Shown piece after piece: positions 55,502 to 64,000 of a stretch of 64,000 nucleotides of DNA (positions are counted from its first letter, which is position 1; the number at the start of each line of letters is the position of its first letter). This stretch comes from Myxococcota bacterium (GTDB lineage: Bacteria > Myxococcota_A > UBA796 > SXON01). A program made the translations under genes and the position numbers. Below the pieces are notes generated by a model. That model searched no databases and was not told where the DNA came from. It worked only from the letters and a program-made list of their open reading frames with translations. The stretch is from assembly GCA_040386535.1 (NCBI GenBank), contig JAZKFH010000015.1, positions 188,800 to 252,799 of the forward strand, written 5' to 3'.

Positions 55502-58500
55502 CTACCTCGACGCCACGGGGAACCCGACCACGAACCGGCCCGCCTCGGTGCGCCCGAAGGTGTCGGGCGCGTACATCTGCTCGACGGTGGCGGCGGGGTG
55601 CGCGTAGTCGCCCGGGGTGGTGGCGCGCGCGAGGTAGGTCTGCACGTGGATCCCGGCCGGCATGTGGTCGGCGTAGAGCGCCACACGATCGTCGCGCAGC
55701 TCGCGACGGTTGAAGACCCAGCTGGAGGTCCACTCATGGGTGTCCTCGGCGTAGATCCCCGTGTCGACGGGGTTCCAGCCGCCGCCCGTGTCCGACTCGC
55801 CCATGGCGCGCACGCTCGTGGCGAACGTGGTGTCGATGGGCTCGAGGCCTGCCGGCAACCAGTCGACCAGGGCGACGTTGTAGCGGTCGACAGGGGTGAC
55901 CGCGCGCAACGTTACGCGCACGACCGCGCCCGGGCTGACCTGGGCGCCGCTGCCCGAGCCCTCCAGCACCTCGTAGGTGCGGGTGAGCGTGAAGCCCTCG
56001 TCCCGGGGGGGCAGCGAGGGGAGGGCGTACGCGAGGCGGCTCTCGTAGTAGAGGCGCCCCCCCGAGCCCGTGAACGCCAGCTCTCCGGGCTTCAGGCCGA
56101 GCATCGGCAGGAAGGCCGAGGCCTGCCCGCCCTCGCCGAGCGGCTTCTCGACCAGGGGCTGCCCGGCCAGGGTCACGCGGGCGGTGACCGGGCCGGTCTC
56201 GTAGCGCGCGGTGTAGTCACGGAGCGCCTGGAGCGCCGCGGCGGTGGTGTAGGTGTTCGCCCAGCGACCCTGCTTGCGGGCGTCGACCAGGTGGTGCACG
56301 AGGCGGCCGAGCATCGGATGCGTAGGCGCCGCCTGCATCCACGCGCGGACGAGCGCGGAGGTGCCGAGATCGTCGCCGTACCAGAGGGCCGACCAGCGAT
56401 CGGTGTCCCGGTCGATCAGCGCGGCGCTGGTCGACTCGATCTTCAGCGCGGCCTCGAGCTCCTGGGTGAGCCCGCGGGTGCGCGTGTCATCCCCGGTGGT
56501 GCGGGCCAGCGTCTCGAGCAGCTCGGCCTTGCCGAACTGCGGGAGCCCCGCGCGATCGTCCCAGAGGCGCGCGTTGAAGCCGGCGTCCCCGCGGCCGGCG
56601 CGCGCCATCGCGAGCGCGGCGCGGGCCTGCGCAGTGCGTGTCATCTCGGGCGACCACCAGCGCGGCACGTGGCTGCCGCCGAGGAACTCGCGCACGAAGA
56701 CCGCGAGGCGCTCCAGGTTCGCGTCATCCACCGGGTGGCCCGCGGCCTTCGCCTCCGTGAGGATCTCCAGCGCGTAGGCGGAGGCGGGGCCGGTCGCGTC
56801 GTCACCCGGCCAGTAGCCGAAGCCGCCGCTGGCGGTGCGGAACGACTCCATCTTCGCGAGGCCGACGCGCACGTACTCGTCGAGCTTCTCCGGAGGCGTC
56901 GTCATCCCCGCCTTCGGGCCGAGCGTGCGGGCGAGCAAGGCGACGCGCGTGCGGCTGCCGACCTGCTCCAGGCACCCGTGCGGGTACTCGAGCAGGTAGT
57001 CGACCGAGCTGCCCATGCCGACGAGCGCGGACGCGCTCACGTTGACGGTGAGCCCGCCAGCCTGGGGCACGGCGCCCTTCGGGACGGCCACGGCCTCCTT
57101 CGCGGTGTCGGTGGTGGAGCCGCTGGACGCCACGACCTCTTGCGGCAGCGGGCTCGACACGGGCACGGTGATCTCGACGGCGTCCTTGTTTGCGCCCCCC
57201 GAGGCGTCGAACCGCAGCTTGACGGCCGGACCGTCGAAGTCGGTGAGCGCGAAGGGGACCTCGAGCGCGCCGTCGGCGACGACGGTGACGGTGCGCGGGG
57301 CGCCGGCGAGCTTGGCGCCGGTGACCGTGGCGTTCACCACGACCTCCACCGGGGCCGACGTGTTGTTGTGCACGACGACGCCCGCGAACGCGCGGTCCCC
57401 CTGGCGGAAGAACCTGGGCAGCGCCGGGCGGGCGATGAGCGGGCGGTTCACCCGCACCTCCTGCTCGCCGGAGCCGAAGGCGGCCTTCCCGTCATCCACC
57501 ACGGCCATGATCTTGAACGTGGTCAGGTTGTCGGGGAGCACGAACGTGTGGTCGAGCACACCGCTCTTGTTCGTGCGGAGGTTGGGTTGCCACAGCGGGG
57601 TGGTCTCGAACTTGCGCCGCACGTCGGCATCGGAGGTACCGCCGCCACCGCCCGCCTCGGCGCCCTTCGCGAGGTAGTGCGCGCGATCATAGACGGAGAT
57701 GCGGTTGTCGGCGGTGAGGACCCCGAGAGGCTGGGCCTGGTAGAACTCGCCGTGTTGATCGGGGGTCTCGTAGGCGGTGAGCGAGAGGACCCCGTAGTCG
57801 ACCGCCCAGAGCGTGACCCGCGCGTTGGCGAGGGCCTGCCCGTCCCGCTGCGCCTCGAGGTGGATGCGCACGGTGTCCTGCGGCTGGTAGGCCTCGCGGT
57901 CCGTCGTGAGGGCCACGGCGATCTTCTGCCCGGAGGCCTCCACGGTGAGTGGGGCCACGCCGTACCAGATGCCGGGCTTGCCGGCGTCGGGCGCGTTGGC
58001 GGGGGGGGCGCCTTCCACCGCGAGCACGGTCACGAACGCGTTGGGCATCATGGCCGCGGTGATCGGGATCTCGATGGCCTCGGCCGTCGTCTTCAGCGTG
58101 ATCACGCGGCGCGACCAGATGCCCTGGCGTTCCACCGTGACGAGCGCCTGCATCCCGGGCTTCGGCGCCTTGACGAGCACCTTGGCGATGTCGCCCGGGG
58201 CGTAGCTGCGTTTGTCCGCCACGAGCTCGAGCGTGCGGGTGTCGCTACGCGCCCACGAGACCTCGCCACCGAGGACGTACACCCCGGTCTCCGCGACGGT
58301 GGTGCCGGGCTTGCCGCCGCCGGCCTCCGCGCGGATGACGTAGTAGCCGCCGTCCTTGGGCGTGAACGACCACGAGGCGGCTTGCGCGGCGGTGGTCACC
58401 GTCCCGGCGCCGACCGGCTCGTCCTTCGCCGTGTTCACCCAGCGCCACGTGCCGTCCATCGCCTTTTCGCGGACGACGTCCCAGGTGCGGCGGGCCGCGG

Positions 58501-61108
58501 TGACCTTCACCGCCGTGCCAGGGCGCGCCTCGCCTTCGGGCGTGACCCTCACGACCTGCACGGCCACGGGCTCGTTGACCTTGCCGAGGCCCGCGGGGGA
58601 GCGCACGCCGACGTAGGCGTCGGCCACGTGCACCGCGACCGTCGCGCGGTTCGAGAGCTGTTGGCGATCGGTGTCGGTGACGGTGGCCTCGACCTGGTAG
58701 GACCACGGGCGCTTCACCGCGTCCGGAGAGAGCGCCTGGACGATGGGGAAGCGGCCCTCCGCGTCGAGCGTGCCCTCGCCGCTCGAGACGCTCTCGTAGC
58801 CGGGGCGCTCGGACCAGTCCGAATAGTCGGGGATCACGTCGAAGCTGAAGTCCTCCCAGCCCTCGGGCGCGATCGTGAGCGGCTCGCGCCCGATGGACCA
58901 GGACACCTTCGCGCCCTTCATCGGTGTGCCGAACAGGTACCGGGCCTCGGCCGTCGCGCCGATGGAGCCACCGGCGAGCGCCTCGGTCGGCGCCTTGACG
59001 TCCGCGCGGAACGCGGGCGCCCGGTACGCGCGCATCGGGACGTTGATCCAGGTGCGATCCTCGCCTCGGCTCACCAGGAGCGCGTGATCGCCGACCGCGC
59101 CGTCCGCCGGGAGGGCGAGATCGAGGGCCCAGGCGCCGAAGTCGTCCGCGACGCCCTTGCCCGCGGCCACCTGCTGGCCGTTCGGGTCCTTGAACTCCCA
59201 GGTGAGCTCGCGGCGGGCGGGCACGGCCAGCCCGGCCAGCGACTCCTCGCGCAACGAGAGCTGGACGTGGGCGGTGTCCCCGGGGCGGTAGACGCCGCGA
59301 TCGGTGAAGGACGAGAAGTGCACCGGCGCCTGGTCGGCGTCGAAGCCCGACGACACGCCGTGGCTCCACCCGTCGAGCCCCTGGTCCCACTGGTGGTTGG
59401 TGATCGCCGTGTCGTCCCCGTGCTGGACGATCACCCAGAGGGGATCCTGCCAGGAGGACCAGTCGTCCGGGACGTGGTCGCCGGCGGCCACCGCGAGGCC
59501 GTCCTTGTCGGTCTGCCCGGTCCACTTGATGCTGCCGCCGCTCACGACGCGCACGATCGCGTCGGCGACCGGCTTGCCGTCGGACAGGCGCGTGACCCAC
59601 GTTGTCACGCCGTCGGGCGCGAGCTTGAGGGTGGTGCCGAGGTCGGTGACCTGGAGCAGCGCCACGGAGGGGGATGGCTCATCGTTCCAGTTGCGCACCT
59701 CGGGCGCGGTCGCCCGGACGCGGACGAGGCCGTGCCCGCCCGCGGACAAGAAGGGCGCGAGATCGACCGATCCGACCTGGATCTTGTTGACGGCGCCCGA
59801 CGGGGCGATGGGGAGCGACGTGCCGCCCGTGGCGTCGCGCCAGCGCTCCCACCGGTCGGGGGAGAGCACGAGCGAGAGCGGATCCACGGCCTCCACCCGC
59901 ACGTCGACCCCGCTGACGTTGCGGTAGCGGATCGGAAGCGTGAGCGGGTTGGAGGCCGGGTAGACCTGGAAGCCCTCCGGCGCGTCCATCAGCGCGGGGA
60001 GATCGCCGGTGGTGAACGACCAGCTGTGCCCCTTGGCGAGCTTCTGCCCGTGGGTGTCGACGATGCCCGGGTCGACCGTGACGGTGTAGGTCGTGCGCGG
60101 GGCGAAGCGGGTCCAATAGCTCCACGTGTCGCTCGTGTAGCTCTCGGCGGGCTTCCAGCCGTCCGGCGGGGTGGGCGAGACGCGGACCTTCTTGTTGACC
60201 TCCGCGGCGTCGACCTCGGTCGTGAAGTCGATGCGGAGGCCCTCGACGGGCGAGACGTTCTGCCCCTCGGGCGCCGCGGCCTCGAGGTTGAGCGGTGGGT
60301 AGGTGCGGAAGGCGACCACCTGCTCGGAGAGCATCCCGAGCGGGCCGCCGGCGCCGCGCAGCCCCTCGTCGAGCGTGAGCGTGTAGCCCATGTCCGGCAC
60401 AAGGAGCGCCCGCGCCAACACGACGTCGGGGCGGTTCTGTTTGCCCTCGCCGCGTGCGAGGCGGACCGCCACGTTCACGCCCGCGTCCGTACGGAGGTGG
60501 ACGCTGCCGGCGAGGGTGGCCGGATCGACCGGCTGGTTGAACCGCAACACGATGGGGTCGACCGGATCCCAGGCGGATTCCCCGGCGGACGGGCGGCTGC
60601 GCTCGAGCGCCGGCCGGATCGTCGAGAACGACCATTCCACCGTGCTCTCGAGGTCCGTCCCGTCCACCGCGGACGTGCCCGACGGGACCTTGCACGTGTA
60701 CGCGGTACCGGTCTGGAACCGGTTGCCCTCGGGGACGAGCACCGCGGTGGACGTGCCGGCCCAGCGCAGGCGCCCGGCGATCTCGGGGGTACACCGGATC
60801 GGCACGGCGCCGCTCGTCGCGTCAATCGCGTCGAGCGCCACCATCGGCCGGTCGAACACCACGGCGACCTGCGACGGATCGACCTCTTCTCCCTGGGGGG
60901 CGACGCCGAGGATCCCGAGCCCGCTGCCGGTGGCGACGGGGGGCGGCTGCAGCTCGCCGGGGCGCAGGGGCGGCACGTCGGGCGCCGCGTCGACCGTGGC
61001 GAGTGTGAGCGTGGTTCCCGGGGAGTCGAGCACCGACGCACGGAGGGACGAGAGCTCGTCCTTCGCGAAGAAGGAGCAGCCCGGGAGGATCAACAAGGAG
61101 AGGAGCAT
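55502..61108 (-). CDS. Bacterial alpha-2-macroglobulin lipoprotein
   Basis: LPGC lipobox, TDRGVYRPGD, LPDNLTTF, thioester motif YPHGCLEQ, EQMYAPD. Confidence 0.95.
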   Translation of the reverse strand: MLLSLLILPGCSFFAKDELSSLRASVLDSPGTTLTLATVDAAPDVPPLRPGELQPPPVATGSGLGILGVAPQGEEVDPSQVAVVFDRPMVALDAIDATSGAVPIRCTPEIAGRLRWAGTSTAVLVPEGNRFQTGTAYTCKVPSGTSAVDGTDLESTVEWSFSTIRPALERSRPSAGESAWDPVDPIVLRFNQPVDPATLAGSVHLRTDAGVNVAVRLARGEGKQNRPDVVLARALLVPDMGYTLTLDEGLRGAGGPLGMLSEQVVAFRTYPPLNLEAAAPEGQNVSPVEGLRIDFTTEVDAAEVNKKVRVSPTPPDGWKPAESYTSDTWSYWTRFAPRTTYTVTVDPGIVDTHGQKLAKGHSWSFTTGDLPALMDAPEGFQVYPASNPLTLPIRYRNVSGVDVRVEAVDPLSLVLSPDRWERWRDATGGTSLPIAPSGAVNKIQVGSVDLAPFLSAGGHGLVRVRATAPEVRNWNDEPSPSVALLQVTDLGTTLKLAPDGVTTWVTRLSDGKPVADAIVRVVSGGSIKWTGQTDKDGLAVAAGDHVPDDWSSWQDPLWVIVQHGDDTAITNHQWDQGLDGWSHGVSSGFDADQAPVHFSSFTDRGVYRPGDTAHVQLSLREESLAGLAVPARRELTWEFKDPNGQQVAAGKGVADDFGAWALDLALPADGAVGDHALLVSRGEDRTWINVPMRAYRAPAFRADVKAPTEALAGGSIGATAEARYLFGTPMKGAKVSWSIGREPLTIAPEGWEDFSFDVIPDYSDWSERPGYESVSSGEGTLDAEGRFPIVQALSPDAVKRPWSYQVEATVTDTDRQQLSNRATVAVHVADAYVGVRSPAGLGKVNEPVAVQVVRVTPEGEARPGTAVKVTAARRTWDVVREKAMDGTWRWVNTAKDEPVGAGTVTTAAQAASWSFTPKDGGYYVIRAEAGGGKPGTTVAETGVYVLGGEVSWARSDTRTLELVADKRSYAPGDIAKVLVKAPKPGMQALVTVERQGIWSRRVITLKTTAEAIEIPITAAMMPNAFVTVLAVEGAPPANAPDAGKPGIWYGVAPLTVEASGQKIAVALTTDREAYQPQDTVRIHLEAQRDGQALANARVTLWAVDYGVLSLTAYETPDQHGEFYQAQPLGVLTADNRISVYDRAHYLAKGAEAGGGGGTSDADVRRKFETTPLWQPNLRTNKSGVLDHTFVLPDNLTTFKIMAVVDDGKAAFGSGEQEVRVNRPLIARPALPRFFRQGDRAFAGVVVHNNTSAPVEVVVNATVTGAKLAGAPRTVTVVADGALEVPFALTDFDGPAVKLRFDASGGANKDAVEITVPVSSPLPQEVVASSGSTTDTAKEAVAVPKGAVPQAGGLTVNVSASALVGMGSSVDYLLEYPHGCLEQVGSRTRVALLARTLGPKAGMTTPPEKLDEYVRVGLAKMESFRTASGGFGYWPGDDATGPASAYALEILTEAKAAGHPVDDANLERLAVFVREFLGGSHVPRWWSPEMTRTAQARAALAMARAGRGDAGFNARLWDDRAGLPQFGKAELLETLARTTGDDTRTRGLTQELEAALKIESTSAALIDRDTDRWSALWYGDDLGTSALVRAWMQAAPTHPMLGRLVHHLVDARKQGRWANTYTTAAALQALRDYTARYETGPVTARVTLAGQPLVEKPLGEGGQASAFLPMLGLKPGELAFTGSGGRLYYESRLAYALPSLPPRDEGFTLTRTYEVLEGSGSGAQVSPGAVVRVTLRAVTPVDRYNVALVDWLPAGLEPIDTTFATSVRAMGESDTGGGWNPVDTGIYAEDTHEWTSSWVFNRRELRDDRVALYADHMPAGIHVQTYLARATTPGDYAHPAATVEQMYAPDTFGRTEAGRFVVGFPVASR

Positions 61109-61132
61109 GTACCCGCCGTTCGCCCGGCACGT

Positions 61133-61148
61133 TGCACGGCGCGTGCCG
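61133..61148 (-). promoter_or_regulatory. Candidate sigma54 -24/-12 promoter of A2M-pbpC
   Basis: cGGCACGcgccgTGCA (GG-N10-GC) about 25 nt upstream of ATG 61108. A chance match is possible at this GC content. Confidence 0.3.
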
Positions 61149-61260
61149 CCCTGTATTCCACCGGCCAACCCCGAGGCGGACAGAATCTGACCGATCGGGC
61201 GTTGCCGACGAATCGCGGATTGGTGGAATCGATGCCACCGATGATAGCGAGGCGTCCGAG

Positions 61261-61965
61261 ATGCTCTCCGCCGTCATCATCGCCCGGGACGAGGCCGACC
61301 GGATCGAGGACGCCATCCGTTCGGTGGCCTTCGCCGACGAGTGTGTCGTCCTCGACTCGGGCAGCACCGACGACACGGTGGCGCGTGCGCGGGCGCTGGG
61401 GGCGCGCGTGATCCAGACCGATTGGCCGGGGCACGTGGCGCAGAAGAACCGGGCCCTCGCGGAGGCCCGGGGTGACTGGATCCTCGCCCTCGACGCCGAC
61501 GAACGCGTGACCGACACGCTCCGGGCCGCGATTGTGGCCGCCCTCAGCGCCCCCGCCGCCGATGGCTTCCGCGTGGCGCGCCGCAACCACTGGCTCGGGC
61601 ATCGTCTCGCCCACGGCTCGTGGTACCCGGACCGGCGGATCCGTCTCGCCCGCCGGGAACGCGCGCGCTGGGGCGGCGAGGATCCCCACGACGTGCTGAT
61701 CGTCGCGGGCACCGTCCTCGATCTCGACGGGGACCTGGACCATCACCCCTACCGTTCGCTCGCGGAGCACCTCGCCACGATCGACCGCTACAGCACGATC
61801 GCGGCCCGGCGCGGATCCTGGCTGGACATCCTGGTCCGCCCGCCGTGGAGCTTCGTCCGCGCCTACGTCGTGCGCCGCGGGTTTCTCGACGGCGTGCCGG
61901 GCCTCGTCGTCGCCGCGCTGGGCGCCGTCTACACGCTGCTCAAGTGGGCGCGGGTGCGGCTGTGA
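61261..61965 (+). CDS. GT2 glycosyltransferase (KdtX/WaaE-like)
   Basis: LSAVIIARDE, DSGSTDDT, WILALDADE, GFLDG. Confidence 0.92.
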   Translation: MLSAVIIARDEADRIEDAIRSVAFADECVVLDSGSTDDTVARARALGARVIQTDWPGHVAQKNRALAEARGDWILALDADERVTDTLRAAIVAALSAPAADGFRVARRNHWLGHRLAHGSWYPDRRIRLARRERARWGGEDPHDVLIVAGTVLDLDGDLDHHPYRSLAEHLATIDRYSTIAARRGSWLDILVRPPWSFVRAYVVRRGFLDGVPGLVVAALGAVYTLLKWARVRL

Positions 61966-61981
61966 GCCCGGGCGGCACCAC

Positions 61982-63004
61982 GTGAAGGTCGCGCTCGTTC
62001 ATCGGCGCTTCACGACGCATGGCGGCACCGAGCGGTACCTCGTGGGGTTCGCGCGGTGGCTGGTGGCGCAGGGTCACGACGTGCACGTGCTCTGCAACGA
62101 GGTGCGGCCCGACCTGCGCGCCGAGCCCGGCGTCCGGTTCGTGCACCTGCCCATGCTCCGCCCGGCGAAGCTCCTGTCGTTGTGGGCCTCCGCGTCCCGG
62201 GCAGTGCGCGCCGCCCGTTACGACGCGGTCATGGGCTTCGGGCGCACGCCGGGTCACCAGCTCTTCCGTGCCGGCGGCGGGTCCCATGTGGACGCGTTGC
62301 GACGGATGCACCCACTCCGGCGGTGGATCTCGCCGGTCGACTGGGTGGAGATGCGGATGGACCGCGCCGCCGTCCGCACCGCGCGCATCTGCATCGCCAA
62401 CTCGGCGCTGGGCGCCCGCGGGTTGACGGAGGACTACGGCGCCGAGCGGGTGGAGGTCGTCTACAACGGCGTCGATCTCGACAGGTTCCGTCCCGATGCG
62501 GGCGTGCGCGCGGCCCTCCGGTCGGAACTCGGCGTCCAGGGACCGACGGCGTTGTTCCTGGGGACCGGCTTCCAACGCAAGGGCCTCGACGTCGCGATCG
62601 AGGCGCTTCCGCCGGGGTGGACGTTGTGGGTGGCCGGGAAGGATCGGCCCTGGAAGGCGCCCGCGTGCGTACGTTTCCTCGGCCCGTGGTCCGATCCGGA
62701 ACGATTGTTGCAGGCAGCCGACGTCATGATCCTCCCGACCCGCTACGACCCCTTCGCCAACGCGTGCCTCGAAGCGCTGGCCTCGGGCATTCCTGCGCTC
62801 ACGACGCCGGGCAACGGGGCGGCCGAGGTCCTGCCGTTCCCGTGGATGGTGAGCACCGATGCCGCCGGCTTCCGGGCGGGGCTCGCCGCCGCCGAAGCCG
62901 GAGGCCGCGATCTGCGCGATCTCTGCCGCGCCACGGCCGAGCGGTTCACGACGGACACCAGCTACACGCGCGCGTTCGCGCTGCTCCAGGAGGCGTCCCG
63001 ATGA
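61982..63004 (+). CDS. GT4 glycosyltransferase (WaaG/WabG-like)
   Basis: GGTERY, YNGVD, FQRKG, LPTRYDPFANACLEALASG. Confidence 0.92.
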   Translation: MKVALVHRRFTTHGGTERYLVGFARWLVAQGHDVHVLCNEVRPDLRAEPGVRFVHLPMLRPAKLLSLWASASRAVRAARYDAVMGFGRTPGHQLFRAGGGSHVDALRRMHPLRRWISPVDWVEMRMDRAAVRTARICIANSALGARGLTEDYGAERVEVVYNGVDLDRFRPDAGVRAALRSELGVQGPTALFLGTGFQRKGLDVAIEALPPGWTLWVAGKDRPWKAPACVRFLGPWSDPERLLQAADVMILPTRYDPFANACLEALASGIPALTTPGNGAAEVLPFPWMVSTDAAGFRAGLAAAEAGGRDLRDLCRATAERFTTDTSYTRAFALLQEASR

Positions 63005-64000
63005 GCCCACTCATGAAGCGGCTCGCCCTCGGCGGCGCGCTCGCCGTCGGCGCGGTGTCCTGCGCGGGCGGCTGGGGCTACCAGGAGCACGTGGTCGCGG
63101 ATCCGGGCCCGGAGTTCACGCGGGAGGCCATCCAGGCGATCATCGCGCAGGAGTCGCCCGTCTACTACCGTGACGGCGCGACGCGGATCGGCGTCTTCTT
63201 CGATCTCGAGCACCGCGCCTACGTGCCCTTCGCGGAGATCCCCAAGGCCTACGTGAACGCCATCGTGGCGTCGGAGGACGGGGACTTCTGGAACCACGAG
63301 GGCGTGAGCCCGAAACACATCGTCCGGGCGATGTGGCACAACGCCAAGGCCGGGAGCGTGGTGGCCGGCGGCTCGACGCTCACCCAACAGACCGCGAAGA
63401 ACCTGTTCTACCGGCCGGACCGCAGCTTGCGGAGCAAGTGGGGCGAGCTCGTCAACGCGCTCCGGCTCGAGTCGCACTTCTCGAAGGAGGACATCCTCGA
63501 GTTCTACGCGAACCAGTTCCACGTCTCGGCCAACGGGCGCGGGCTGGGGATCGCGGCGCGGTACTTCTTCGACAAGGAGGTGGCGGACCTCTCTGTCAAG
63601 CAGTGCGCGTTCATCGCCGGGCTCGTGAAGGCTCCCTCGCGCTACAACCCCTTCGTCGGGGCCACGGAGGAGCGGCGCCAGGCCGCGCGGGAGGCCGCCG
63701 AGGTGCGCACGGCCTACGTCCTGCGCCGGATGGAGGAGGACGGCTACCTGACCGCCGGGGAGCGCGACGCGCTGGTCGCCGAGCCCCTCGTGTTCCGCCG
63801 CGGCACGTTCCAGTACGACCGCTCCGTGCTCCTCGACGAGGTGCAGCGGCGCCTCGAGGAGCCCGCGTTCATCGAGCTGTTCGAGCGTCTCGAGATCGAC
63901 AACCCGTCCACGGCGGGCATCCAGATCATCACGACGGTCGACGCCACGGTGCAGCGCGAGGCGACCTGGGGGCTCTGGCACCACCTCACCGAGATCGGCC
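63001..64000 (+). CDS. Class A penicillin-binding protein/transglycosylase, partial (runs off the window; absent from the ORF track)
   Basis: ATG 63001 overlaps the GT4 stop. Manual translation gives IVASEDGDFWNHEGV, GGSTLTQQTAKNL, FSKEDILEFYAN, AARYFF. Confidence 0.9.
   Translation, partial: MSPLMKRLALGGALAVGAVSCAGGWGYQEHVVADPGPEFTREAIQAIIAQESPVYYRDGATRIGVFFDLEHRAYVPFAEIPKAYVNAIVASEDGDFWNHEGVSPKHIVRAMWHNAKAGSVVAGGSTLTQQTAKNLFYRPDRSLRSKWGELVNALRLESHFSKEDILEFYANQFHVSANGRGLGIAARYFFDKEVADLSVKQCAFIAGLVKAPSRYNPFVGATEERRQAAREAAEVRTAYVLRRMEEDGYLTAGERDALVAEPLVFRRGTFQYDRSVLLDEVQRRLEEPAFIELFERLEIDNPSTAGIQIITTVDATVQREATWGLWHHLTEIG

Noticed and set aside
55598..61411. 1937-aa plus-strand ORF, and similar long ORFs at 38448-43487, 6668-9616, 13026-16391 and 18664-21900
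   Set aside because: These are antisense shadows of recognisable genes. High GC suppresses stop codons, and the translations contain no recognisable motifs.

Overview
Very GC-rich (roughly 70% by eye), gene-dense bacterial chromosome segment. Glt/Nfs-type genes, MopE-repeat and Ig-domain lipoproteins and a Ser/Thr kinase point to Myxococcota. (1) 136-6447 (-): a translationally coupled 8-gene His-Xaa-Ser (hxs) RiPP-like operon. It encodes a Tat-signal hypothetical protein, two HxsD-type proteins, the HxsB radical SAM/SPASM maturase, a precursor ending HCS-(HGS)14-HGQW, and three further radical SAM enzymes. This is the best candidate for an undescribed system. (2) 6.5-32 kb: mixed genes, including a MopE/FG-GAP lipoprotein, an orphan Dam methylase with a GATC-dense upstream region, MATE, a class III cyclase, amidase, nadB, a HAF-repeat protein, tandem cytoplasmic and Tat-exported Fe-SODs, a kinase, TolC, pyrE, guaB, scoAB and a stand-alone rplC. 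(3) 33.5-47 kb (-): contiguous GltA-H/NfsA-H-like cluster with a duplicated gltG. (4) 47-53 kb (-): ExbB-ExbD-TonB-TBDR-lipoprotein operon and tRNA-Cys. (5) 53-64 kb: alpha-2-macroglobulin with pbpC, two glycosyltransferases and a PBP gene cut by the window end. No CRISPR array, rRNA, integrase or transposase was seen. Family calls come from motif recognition, not database searches. Many start codons were reassigned by eye relative to the ORF track.
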